DNA of 11,254 nt from Candidatus Hadarchaeota archaeon. Its GTDB lineage: Archaea > CAYQAE01 > CAYVLA01. Of the stretch, positions 1-8,070 are shown piece after piece (the first letter of the stretch is position 1; the number at the start of each line of letters is the position of its first letter). The notes beneath the pieces are model-generated. The model ran no database searches and was not told the DNA's origin. It worked only from the letters and a program-made list of their open reading frames with translations. Both the position numbers and the translations under genes were made by a program. The stretch is from the NCBI GenBank assembly GCA_964621445.1, contig CAZUNO010000051.1:1-11254 (forward strand). Direction: 5' to 3'.

Positions 1-2
1 TA

Positions 3-1184
3 GCCCTTGCATTTAGCCATAACATGACCGCGGACAACTCGGACTACTGGATACTTAACGCCGGTAACCCTCACACCTCGGGGCAGGGAATACAAATCGA
101 CAGTCCCCAGTTCGACAAGTACGTGGACGGGGCCTATACATACCTCACCATAACCGATCTAGACGTCCCTGACGAATACACGATGTTCAACGAGAGCGAG
201 GACTGGCTTCTGGCCATTGTGGGAGAGGATGGGCACCCGATACAGGACAACCCGGGAAGAGGATACCTGTTGGGTTATTGGAGCCCATGGATGAAGGCCT
301 TTACCTACGATAACGTCCTGGCCTGGAGGGCATGGAGCCCGGTTATTAACCGTGTATGCCTGGATCGGGATGACGATAACGAGTTCGATGACAAACGCTT
401 GATGGAAGGGGACCACGTTGAGGCAAACAACGGAAACTGGGAACTATCCATTTTCCAGAACGAGACCACGGTCAACCTGACCTTTCACAACACCGATTAT
501 AACTACACCAGATACTACCTCCCCCAGGAGTACGACCTGTCCTCCATACCGGAATCGGCATCCGGACTGTATCATTTCGGGGTGATGAGCAAGATCAATA
601 AGCCCTCGCTCTGGAAGGACTATAAGGTGGTGCTAAGGGATTCCCAGGAGGAGGGTGTCTATGACGAGGCCTATATCTGGAATGGGAGCCAGTGGAACCT
701 CTACCGGCCGGGGATGATTTGGACCGAGGGAGGCAACCAGTGGGTGATTGGTATAGAGGATGACTTCCTGACCCTTACCCGCAACAACCCCATTACCCTC
801 AACGACCTCTCAGGTACCACCAGTTCAAGCCTTATGGTGGAGGGAGATTTCATAGAGATAGATGTTGACTCCGATGGGCCGAGAGAGATATGGCTCACCC
901 TAAATTACGAGGGACGGGAAATCGACAGGACCGTGTTCTCCAGGTCCCAGACAAACTCCTTCCGACAGATGTTCGGTACCTGGGGCAAGCTACGCGAGTC
1001 GAGCAGGGTCTACGAGACCCTTACCCTGGCCGAGGACTGGCTGACGGATACGGTGCAGGCCTCGAGGGCCCATGGTATGTGCGACCTGGCCCAGCAGACC
1101 ATCAAGTTCAACAAGATATACAATTCGGTTATAGAGGACAAGCTGACGGTTGCAGCTTGGGAAAAATCCCAGGGAGGGGGATAA
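3..1184 (+). CDS. 5'-truncated secreted/surface protein, probably the C-terminal part of another large pilin-like protein of the cluster
   Basis: The frame of the 24..1184 ORF stays open to the window edge (GCC CTT GCA TTT AGC CAT AAC ATG = ALAFSHNM), so ATG24 is probably internal. The product is acidic, rich in Trp/Tyr/Asn and has six sequons (NMT, NES, NET, NLT, NYT, NGS). It ends in KLTVAAW...; TAA at 1182-1184 lies 2 nt before the next start. Pilin status is inferred from context only. Confidence 0.8.
   Translation, partial: ALAFSHNMTADNSDYWILNAGNPHTSGQGIQIDSPQFDKYVDGAYTYLTITDLDVPDEYTMFNESEDWLLAIVGEDGHPIQDNPGRGYLLGYWSPWMKAFTYDNVLAWRAWSPVINRVCLDRDDDNEFDDKRLMEGDHVEANNGNWELSIFQNETTVNLTFHNTDYNYTRYYLPQEYDLSSIPESASGLYHFGVMSKINKPSLWKDYKVVLRDSQEEGVYDEAYIWNGSQWNLYRPGMIWTEGGNQWVIGIEDDFLTLTRNNPITLNDLSGTTSSSLMVEGDFIEIDVDSDGPREIWLTLNYEGREIDRTVFSRSQTNSFRQMFGTWGKLRESSRVYETLTLAEDWLTDTVQASRAHGMCDLAQQTIKFNKIYNSVIEDKLTVAAWEKSQGGG
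1173..1180 (+). promoter_or_regulatory. Shine-Dalgarno site for ATG1187
   Basis: GGAGGGGG ends 6 nt before the ATG. Confidence 0.65.
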
Positions 1185-1186
1185 AA

Positions 1187-1285
1187 ATGTGGTTTATTGA
1201 TGACAGAAGAGGCGCGATCTACATATTCTCGGTGGTATTGATAGCGGCCATGTTGGTGGTCCTGGTGGGAGCACTGGTGGCTCTG
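1187..1285 (+). other. Class III (prepilin-type) signal peptide; predicted cleavage after Gly9
   Basis: DDRRG followed directly by 24 uncharged, mostly hydrophobic residues. Confidence 0.75.
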
Positions 1286-4200
1286 GAGAAGACCGTCTCC
1301 GGGAGCATTGCTAACAGGGAGGAGGAGCTCTCCTACTTCCAGTTGGAATCGGTCCGGGCAATGGAGAACAAGATATCCTCGGTCATGAAACTGGACCCCG
1401 GCGGGGACAGTTTGAAGGAGGAGCTTGACCGCACGATTTCGGTGCTGCGAGAACAGGCCGAGGAGAGGGGGATGTGGCAAAATATTAGTTACATCATCGA
1501 CTTTCAGCCCAGTAGCCTGGACCTCAGCCCGCGCAGGGTCTGCTTCGAGGTCACCACCCGATCCCAGGGAAGGATCGCCTACGATGATGACCAGGTCTAT
1601 CTTAACGATATTTTCGTGAATAGCGGATACCTATTCATTAAGAACCGCAAGCTGGAGCTCAGGTTCAGGGTGAGAGGGGATAGCGATGAGGAGCGGGGAT
1701 ACGTGAACGGAGGGGCGGTTTACGCCGGCTCCGACGTGACCATGGCCTCCTCCATGCTGACCGATTACCTCAATATGAGTTCCTGGACCAACGCATCCTC
1801 GGTCTATTCCTACACCGTGGAGCAGCAACCGGGATTGATTACCCTGCGACTGCGAAATGAGACCGAGAAGGTGGCCCTGACCAAGTACCTGTACGTTAAA
1901 CCCGATGAGGTACAGTTCCAGATCAATGTCGAGCCCCAGGTTAGCACCGAGAACAGCGTTTCCTACGGAGTGGGCTTGACACCTAATATTAACGGGCCGG
2001 GGGACGACCAATTCCGGATTGACAACACAACCGGCGGCCAGCTAAATCCCTCCTCCGAGTGGGATAATGCAACCCAGGTTAACGCCAGCTTCCAGGTCCA
2101 GAGGTCCAACTCCTGGGTAGTGGTGTACGACAACGACCCCCAGCCCTACGCTTTTAGCATGATACTGGACGAGGCGGATAGCATGGAGTTCTCCTCCACT
2201 GGGGGGGACGAAATGGTGATGATGGCCCCGGGGAGAAGGGGAAGGTTCATAGTTAACGGGATAATTCGTACCTACAGAACATACTCGGATGCCGTTACCG
2301 ACATGAGAAACCTCAAGAAGCTGGGAAAGCCTCCCTCGGGCAGGTCCAACTACCTGGAACCCCTGGTACTTGCACTAACCATAGATGACCTGTATTTTGA
2401 TCCACCGGCACCAAATGCCAACCAGCGGGTGAGCATGATTGCCGCGGTGGACAACTACGGTACCAAGGACGCCTATGATGTGGTCGTGCATTTCTATGAC
2501 GGTGAACCGCTGGCGGACAGGAGCAATCTTCTAGGGGCCACCAACATATCGACCCTCCTTAACGGAAATACCGAGTTATGTTCAACCACCTGGACCTTCA
2601 GCGAGCCCGGGGTCCATGAGATATATGCCGTGTTGGACCCGGATAACCTGCTGGCCGAGGACCACTCCGATAACGTGGAGCACAGCCCCCTCAAGATATA
2701 CCCCCAGGACGTTGCTAATCACGATGTCTCGGTGGAGGCTCTGCAGATCGACGAGAGAAATCCATCGGACGGCGATGTGGTATCGGTAAGAGGCCTTATC
2801 CACAACTGCGGGAACAGGGAGGAACACGATGTGGTCGTCCGCCTCAAGGTCATAGATGATGCCAACGTTTCACGGAACATAAGTTCAAACATTTTGCCCA
2901 ACCTGCCCATCGATTACTACGTTTCCACATCGATAAGCTTCACATACCAGGACGGGGACCAAAGGGTTAACGTCACAGTCGATCCGGTGGCCAACGAGAC
3001 AAATCTATCCAATAATCACAAGGATGCCCTGATAGGTTCCTCGAGCATTCTCCTGGTCGCCGACGATAACCTGGGTCCCAAGGATGGGACCCTGGGCAGC
3101 ACCTCCACCATCGAGTTCCTCTCCGCTCTTGATGACCCTGCAAAGTATGACGTGTTTCTGTGGTCCGAGGAGGAGAGAGGTGATCCCGGCGTCGACGTGT
3201 TGCTGTTTTTCGATGCCGTGGCCTGGACCTGCGGGGATTACGACGGTCATGACGTGGAGACCAATGATGCCCGGACCCTGGTGGAGTTCGTGGATAGGGG
3301 AGGCCACCTGGTTCTGGAAGGCGAGGACATAGCCTACAGGCACCACCAGAACGCCACCGGTGATCCTGACTTCTTCCTGTGGAACGTGACCAGGAGCCAC
3401 ATAGCTGGTTATTATAATGCAAGCCTCGCTAAAACCGTGCCCTTCGATGATATCAACTTGGATGGAAGGACGGAGAACACCGTACCCCAGCTTAACGTGT
3501 ATACCACCCACCCGGTGATGAATCATGTGCCCAGGGTAATTCCCTCCAACTACACCGCAGCCTATCCGGATGTATTGGTGACCATGGGGTCGGAGCGCCT
3601 GGCGGTTTACGAGGCAGAGGGAGGAAGCGACGTGAATCTCACCGGTACATATTCTCCGGATGGGAGCGGCTTCATTCGTGACTGGTTAATAATCGGGGGG
3701 TATTCGGGATACGATATCGACCATGACTACCTGGGTGGCGAGTCCACGGTGAGGCCCTATGATGGCAGGGTGGATAATGGTGAGACCTGGCAGGTCCACC
3801 ATGATTCCAACAGGCACATCGATTTCAATTCACTTCTATCCCCCAACGATTACGCCACGGCCTATGCCTTCGCCTATGTTTACAGTCCGGAGGACCGGGA
3901 CGCCAAGATGAAGGTTGGTTCCGATGACGGGGTGAAGATATACCTCAACGGAAACATGGTTCACCGCAACCCGGTTTGGAGAGGCGCCAGCCCGGACCAG
4001 GACACGGTAAACGTTCACCTCGACCACGGGTGGAACACGGTGCTGGCCAAGGTCGTGGAGAAAACTGGTCAGTGGGGGCTTTACCTCAGGTTCACGGACC
4101 TCTCCGACCAGCCCATCGAGGACCTGGGCATAGAGCTCCGGGACCCCAGCGGGGCGTTCATGGTCCTTGAGGACTCGGTAAGGTCCAGCGAGTTCAGCTG

Positions 4201-7200
4201 GAACTACGCCCCCTCGGTGGTCTCCAGTCCCGTTTTACACGGGTCCGACGCCTTCCAGAGCAACGGGTATAACAACTTCTCCTACGTATTCCCCTACACC
4301 GTTGGGGAGGGCGTGGATCAATACAAGTACATAGACCTCTGGTTCTACTTCGAGGACTCCGACTCTGACATACTTTTTGCCGTAAAACAGGACGGTTCAT
4401 GGGACCACCGATGGGGTTGGGATGTGGAGTCCACCTACGATGGCTATCCGGATAGCAGGCAGGGAACCACGCTAAACTGCCCATCCGGGGAGTGGAAGCA
4501 CTACCGACTGGACCTGGTGAGCGATCTGGGCCTCACCCCCAGCGGTACCGTTGACGGCATGGGATTCCTGTCTGACAGCAGCGATGTGTATTTCGATCAT
4601 ATCCATCTGGCCAGAAAGGACTCGGGAAAGGCGTCCATGGTGGCCTGGGAGAACGCCACCACGGGGACCAAGGTGGCCTACTTCGCATTTCCGGTCAGGG
4701 TAATCGAGAACCGCACCCGCCGCCTGTTGATAAAAAATGCCATTGACTGGGTTGGCGGAAGGACCCTCAACCGGCCGCCGGTGATAACCATAACCGCGCC
4801 CTCCGGGGCCGAAGTATGGAGCGGGGACCAGAACATAACCTGGTCGGCCAGCGACCCCGACGGGGACACCCTGGATGTCGACCTCTATTACTCGTCCAAC
4901 GGGGGAACGACCTGGATAGAACTGGCCCATGGACTGACCGGGGTCAGTTACTGGACCTGGGATACCACAACCGTTCCCGATGACACCTACCTGGTAAAGG
5001 CGGTGGTGGACGATTCCACGCTTACCGACGAGGATACCTCCGCCAGCTTCGATATAGACAATATAAACGACCCCCCCACGGTCACCGTGACCAGGCCCAA
5101 CGTGGTAATGCGGCTCAGCGGTAACGAGCAGGTGACCTGGACTGCAAGTGATCCAGAGGGCCAACCACTCACCTACGACATACAGTGGTGGGACGGGACC
5201 ACCTGGCACACCATAGTAAGCGATTACACTCCCTCAAACCCTTCCAGCCCCGACTATTACTGGGATACCACCACCATACCGGACGGGGTGGACTACCTGC
5301 TCAAGGTAAAGGCCATGGACGAGGACAACACCGTCGAGGACGTTAGCGACGAGCCCTTCAGCGTGGATAACGATAATCAGGACCCCTCGGTGATATTGCT
5401 GGATCCAAACGGCGGCGAGGAGTGGGCTGGAACCCACACCATAACCTGGGATATGGATGACCCCGATGGGGCCGATGACGGGGACCCTCTGGGACATCCG
5501 TACCGCGACACCCTGACCGCGACCATAGACCTGAACAGCAGCGATGCCGAGTTCAGGGGAGGCTACTCGCCCGACTCGCAGGGATTCATACGGGACTGGC
5601 TGCTGGTAGGTGGATATTCTGGATGCAACATCGACCATGATTACCTGGGTGGCGAGTCCACTATCCTGCCTTGGGCGGGCAAGCTGGATAACGGGAAGCG
5701 ATGGTGGAAGCACCACGATTCGAATACCAGGATTGATTTCAACAGCCTGTTGAGTCCAAACCAATACGCAACCGGCTACGCATTCGCCTACCTATACAAC
5801 GAGGAGGATCGGGACGTAAAGATGAAGGTGGGTTCCGACGACGAGGTCAAGATATATCTCAATGGGAATATGGTCCACTGTTACCCCCATCCAAGGGGTA
5901 CCTCGGGGGTTCAGGACACCGTGGACGTGCACCTGAACCAGGGCTGGAACACGGTGTTGGCCAAGGTATGCGAGCACAGTGGGGGATGGGCCCTCTACTT
6001 CCAGTTCGTTAACATGACGGGGCATCCGGTGACCGACCTCAATATAGCGTTGGCCAAGCCAAACTCATACGATACGGGCAAGCCATACGCCACCGGGGCC
6101 AGGCTGGGCGCTGTGGTTGACCTCACCAACATGAACTGGGACACCACGACCTTCCCCAACGGAAACTACACCGCCAACCTAACGGTGAGCGATGGAAGAG
6201 GGGGCGTCGCCTGGGACGACAGCGACTCCCAGTTTGAGGTCATCAATAACAGGGATCCGGTTGTCGAGGTCATATACCCCAATGGGGAGGAGATCCTCTT
6301 CGGAAACGTTAGCGTGGTTTGGAACGCCACCGATCCCGACGGGGACGAGATGACCTTTGATCTCTATTACAAGCAGGGCACCGGGAGCTGGAACCACATA
6401 ATCAACATAGACAACTCCAGCTGGAGATGGTATCTCTGGGACATCAGCGGCCTTCCCGACTCTCCGCCGGAGTACTACATCAAGGTCGAGGCCAGGGATC
6501 CCTACAGCGGCCTGGGCTGGGACGTATCGGACGATGGATGGTACATAAACAACGCCGATGGCGAGTACGGCGATGGAGGCGGGGGGAACTACACCGGATA
6601 TGGAGACGGCGAGGGAAACATAGGTGGCTCCGGTACCCCGCCCGGATGGGGCGACGGTGACGGTGATGGAACCGGTGACGGGTCGGGTGACGAGGATCCC
6701 GCGGACCGGGAGTCCCTCATAATGCTCACCCAGCCCCTGGGCGGCGAGGAGTGGTCGGGAACCAGGACCGTTAGCTGGGTTCACGATAACTTCGGCACCG
6801 GCCTGGAGTTCGATGTCCTGGCCAGCAAGGACTCCGGCGCTACCTGGACGACCCTGGCCTCGGGTATCACCTCAACATCCTACACCTGGGATACCACGGA
6901 TGACGGCGACTCCAACGATTATCGCATCATGGTCCAGGGCACGGATGACGACGGGAACCAGGACACCGATTCGTCGAGCGATTTCCGGGTCTATAACAAC
7001 GACCTGCCCTCGGTCACCGTGACCTCCCCGAACGGCGGGGAGTGGGTGACCGGGACCCACACCATTACCTGGTCGGCCAGCGATCCCGACGGGGACGGGG
7101 ATAACGACCCGAGCACGCCCTACGACCTGCTGTTCGACGTCTACTACTCGGACAACTCGGGTGCCACCTGGAACCAGATAGGGTCCGATGTAAGCAGCAC

Positions 7201-7939
7201 GAACCTGGACTGGGATACCACCGCCGTAGCCGATGGAGACGATTACCGGGTGCGGGTGGTGGCCAAGGATGGTAATATCAAGGGACATACCGATGTCGAT
7301 ATATCAAACTCCGACTTCCACGTGGATAACTCGAACGAGGCGCCCGATGTAAGCGTTGGCTACCCGAATGGCGGGGAAATGCTCAAGGAAAACATCCCCA
7401 TACAGTGGACGTCAACCGACCCCGACGGGGATACGCTGACGCATTCCATATACTACAGCGATGACGCCGGTAGCACCTGGAATCTCATAGTGGGCGGATT
7501 CACCGATTCGGGGACCGACCATACCTATGACTGGGACTCCACCACCGTTCCCGACGGCACCCAGTACATGATCAAGGTGGAATCCGATGATGGATCGCTC
7601 CAGAACGCCGACATGTCGGACGACATGTTCATTATAGATAACACCGATCCAACGGTAAGCATGGATTCACCCAACAATGATGATCTGGTGAGCGGAGAAA
7701 TTCAGGTCCAGGGAACCGTAAGCGATGCTGGCGGCTCCGGCCTCGACAGGGTCGAGATCTGGGCACGAGGGGCGTTTGAGGGATATGCCACGGTGAGCGG
7801 CAACGATTGGGATTTCTCCCTGGACACAACAACCCTGCCCGAGGATGCCACGGTGACCGTGGAGGCCAGGGCATACGATGGGTCCGGTAACCTGGCAACA
7901 GATTCGATCGAGATAAAGATAGACAACGAGGGTAACTGA
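1187..7939 (+). CDS. Giant (2250 aa) type IV pilin-like multidomain adhesin: class III signal peptide, 2x CARDB, GATase-like, 2x PA14-like, CBM-like, 8 Ig-like domains
   Basis: ATG1187 is in frame with the 890..7939 ORF, follows GGAGGGGG (1173-1180) and lies 2 nt after the upstream stop. N-terminus MWFIDDRRG/AIYIFSVVLIAAMLVVLVGALVAL. Domain motifs are listed separately. No C-terminal TM helix or sorting motif. Confidence 0.9.
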   Translation: MWFIDDRRGAIYIFSVVLIAAMLVVLVGALVALEKTVSGSIANREEELSYFQLESVRAMENKISSVMKLDPGGDSLKEELDRTISVLREQAEERGMWQNISYIIDFQPSSLDLSPRRVCFEVTTRSQGRIAYDDDQVYLNDIFVNSGYLFIKNRKLELRFRVRGDSDEERGYVNGGAVYAGSDVTMASSMLTDYLNMSSWTNASSVYSYTVEQQPGLITLRLRNETEKVALTKYLYVKPDEVQFQINVEPQVSTENSVSYGVGLTPNINGPGDDQFRIDNTTGGQLNPSSEWDNATQVNASFQVQRSNSWVVVYDNDPQPYAFSMILDEADSMEFSSTGGDEMVMMAPGRRGRFIVNGIIRTYRTYSDAVTDMRNLKKLGKPPSGRSNYLEPLVLALTIDDLYFDPPAPNANQRVSMIAAVDNYGTKDAYDVVVHFYDGEPLADRSNLLGATNISTLLNGNTELCSTTWTFSEPGVHEIYAVLDPDNLLAEDHSDNVEHSPLKIYPQDVANHDVSVEALQIDERNPSDGDVVSVRGLIHNCGNREEHDVVVRLKVIDDANVSRNISSNILPNLPIDYYVSTSISFTYQDGDQRVNVTVDPVANETNLSNNHKDALIGSSSILLVADDNLGPKDGTLGSTSTIEFLSALDDPAKYDVFLWSEEERGDPGVDVLLFFDAVAWTCGDYDGHDVETNDARTLVEFVDRGGHLVLEGEDIAYRHHQNATGDPDFFLWNVTRSHIAGYYNASLAKTVPFDDINLDGRTENTVPQLNVYTTHPVMNHVPRVIPSNYTAAYPDVLVTMGSERLAVYEAEGGSDVNLTGTYSPDGSGFIRDWLIIGGYSGYDIDHDYLGGESTVRPYDGRVDNGETWQVHHDSNRHIDFNSLLSPNDYATAYAFAYVYSPEDRDAKMKVGSDDGVKIYLNGNMVHRNPVWRGASPDQDTVNVHLDHGWNTVLAKVVEKTGQWGLYLRFTDLSDQPIEDLGIELRDPSGAFMVLEDSVRSSEFSWNYAPSVVSSPVLHGSDAFQSNGYNNFSYVFPYTVGEGVDQYKYIDLWFYFEDSDSDILFAVKQDGSWDHRWGWDVESTYDGYPDSRQGTTLNCPSGEWKHYRLDLVSDLGLTPSGTVDGMGFLSDSSDVYFDHIHLARKDSGKASMVAWENATTGTKVAYFAFPVRVIENRTRRLLIKNAIDWVGGRTLNRPPVITITAPSGAEVWSGDQNITWSASDPDGDTLDVDLYYSSNGGTTWIELAHGLTGVSYWTWDTTTVPDDTYLVKAVVDDSTLTDEDTSASFDIDNINDPPTVTVTRPNVVMRLSGNEQVTWTASDPEGQPLTYDIQWWDGTTWHTIVSDYTPSNPSSPDYYWDTTTIPDGVDYLLKVKAMDEDNTVEDVSDEPFSVDNDNQDPSVILLDPNGGEEWAGTHTITWDMDDPDGADDGDPLGHPYRDTLTATIDLNSSDAEFRGGYSPDSQGFIRDWLLVGGYSGCNIDHDYLGGESTILPWAGKLDNGKRWWKHHDSNTRIDFNSLLSPNQYATGYAFAYLYNEEDRDVKMKVGSDDEVKIYLNGNMVHCYPHPRGTSGVQDTVDVHLNQGWNTVLAKVCEHSGGWALYFQFVNMTGHPVTDLNIALAKPNSYDTGKPYATGARLGAVVDLTNMNWDTTTFPNGNYTANLTVSDGRGGVAWDDSDSQFEVINNRDPVVEVIYPNGEEILFGNVSVVWNATDPDGDEMTFDLYYKQGTGSWNHIINIDNSSWRWYLWDISGLPDSPPEYYIKVEARDPYSGLGWDVSDDGWYINNADGEYGDGGGGNYTGYGDGEGNIGGSGTPPGWGDGDGDGTGDGSGDEDPADRESLIMLTQPLGGEEWSGTRTVSWVHDNFGTGLEFDVLASKDSGATWTTLASGITSTSYTWDTTDDGDSNDYRIMVQGTDDDGNQDTDSSSDFRVYNNDLPSVTVTSPNGGEWVTGTHTITWSASDPDGDGDNDPSTPYDLLFDVYYSDNSGATWNQIGSDVSSTNLDWDTTAVADGDDYRVRVVAKDGNIKGHTDVDISNSDFHVDNSNEAPDVSVGYPNGGEMLKENIPIQWTSTDPDGDTLTHSIYYSDDAGSTWNLIVGGFTDSGTDHTYDWDSTTVPDGTQYMIKVESDDGSLQNADMSDDMFIIDNTDPTVSMDSPNNDDLVSGEIQVQGTVSDAGGSGLDRVEIWARGAFEGYATVSGNDWDFSLDTTTLPEDATVTVEARAYDGSGNLATDSIEIKIDNEGN
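2369..3037 (+). other. Two tandem CARDB (cell-adhesion Ig-like) domains, about 2369-2700 and 2720-3037
   Basis: Typical pattern: P..P..(N/G)..V.....V/I.N.G......V.V, ending LDPDNLLAE..SDN in the first and VDPVANETNLSNN in the second. Confidence 0.8.
3650..4132 (+). repeat. PA14-like/galactose-binding jelly-roll domain, copy 1
   Basis: FIRDWLIIG...AYAFAYVYSP...GSDDGVKIYLNG...L.HGWNTVLAKV. 161 codons, colinear with 5564-6046. Confidence 0.75.
4157..4609 (+). other. Second type of carbohydrate-binding-module-like beta-sandwich
   Basis: PVLHGSDAF...YKYIDLWFY...GEWKHYRLDL...VYFDHIHL matches the generic CBM jelly-roll pattern (G.W....+.L; +Y+D.I.L) and is aromatic-rich. Confidence 0.55.
5564..6046 (+). 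repeat. PA14-like/galactose-binding jelly-roll domain, copy 2
   Basis: Ungapped alignment to copy 1 at a 1914-nt offset; 110/161 identical residues by manual count. Confidence 0.75.
6554..6700 (+). repeat. Gly/Asp-rich low-complexity linker with GDG repeats
   Basis: ADGEYGDGGGGNYTGYGDGEGNIGGSGTPPGWGDGDGDGTGDGSGDEDP. Confidence 0.85.
7928..7933 (+). promoter_or_regulatory. Probable Shine-Dalgarno site for ATG7942
   Basis: GAGGGT ends 8 nt before the ATG, inside the upstream coding region. Confidence 0.45.
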
Positions 7940-7941
7940 GG

Positions 7942-8070
7942 ATGATCTCCAGACTCAAGAACACATTCCGTTCATTCAGCCGATCCAGAAGGGCGGTCGA
8001 GGTACTGACCGGGAACCTGCTCATGATAATGGTCATGGCGGCGGTGTTCTCCTCCATAGCCTTCCTGGTA
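7942..8070 (+). other. Class III signal peptide; predicted cleavage after Ala18
   Basis: Basic leader ending SRRA, then VEVLTGNLLMIMVMAAVFSSIAFLV. Confidence 0.75.

Larger units (their letters stand above)
3047..4757 (+). other. Class I glutamine amidotransferase-like (flavodoxin-type alpha/beta) extracellular domain, split by an insert (halves about 3047-3630 and 4631-4757)
   Basis: N-half ILLVADD...FDAVAWTCGD...LVEFVDRGGHLVLEGEDI. The expected closing elements KVAYFAFP...RRLLIKNAIDW appear only after about 330 inserted residues. Confidence 0.6.
4769..7927 (+). repeat. Array of seven ~100-aa Ig-like repeats plus a terminal bacterial Ig-like domain
   Basis: Consensus N.PP.V....PNGGE...G...ITW.ASDPDGD.L..D.YYS...G.TW.......WDTT..PDG..Y..KV...D.....D.SD..F.IDN. 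Approximate units: 4769-5062, 5066-5371, 5375-6247 (interrupted), 6248-6553, 6710-6997, 6998-7330, 7334-7642. A different Ig type (DNTDPTV...SDAGGSGLDRVE...ARAYDGSGN) runs 7637-7927. Confidence 0.85.

Noticed and set aside
24-26. ATG24 as the start of gene 1
   Set aside because: The frame is open to the window edge, with no SD and no signal peptide although the product looks secreted.
890-1186. N-terminal 99 codons of the 2349-aa ORF call
   Set aside because: They overlap gene 1 in another frame and have Arg/Gly/Pro-rich off-frame composition; ATG1187 has the SD and the signal peptide.
3650-6046. Template/variable repeat pair of a diversity-generating retroelement
   Set aside because: Both copies are in-frame coding domains differing at all base types with many synonymous changes, not only at adenines. 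No reverse transcriptase is present in the window.
3650-6046. Inteins as an explanation for the in-frame insertions
   Set aside because: No Cys/Ser start with His-Asn end at the boundaries and no LAGLIDADG motifs; the inserts look like lectin jelly-rolls.
6554-6700. Collagen-like, RTX or CRISPR-like repeat
   Set aside because: No sustained Gly-X-Y period, no GGxGxDxLx nonamers and no repeat-spacer structure; it is a low-complexity coding linker.
4769-7642. Sialidase/BNR beta-propeller suggested by SxDxGxTW motifs
   Set aside because: There is at most one motif per ~100-aa repeat, embedded in an Ig-like consensus; the spacing does not fit propeller blades.
1187-7939. S-layer protein, archaellin or secreted hydrolase
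   Set aside because: No C-terminal anchor, no archaellin GIGTLIVFIAMVLVAAV-type N-terminus, and no recognisable catalytic motif. The segment at about 1620-2330 remains unassigned.
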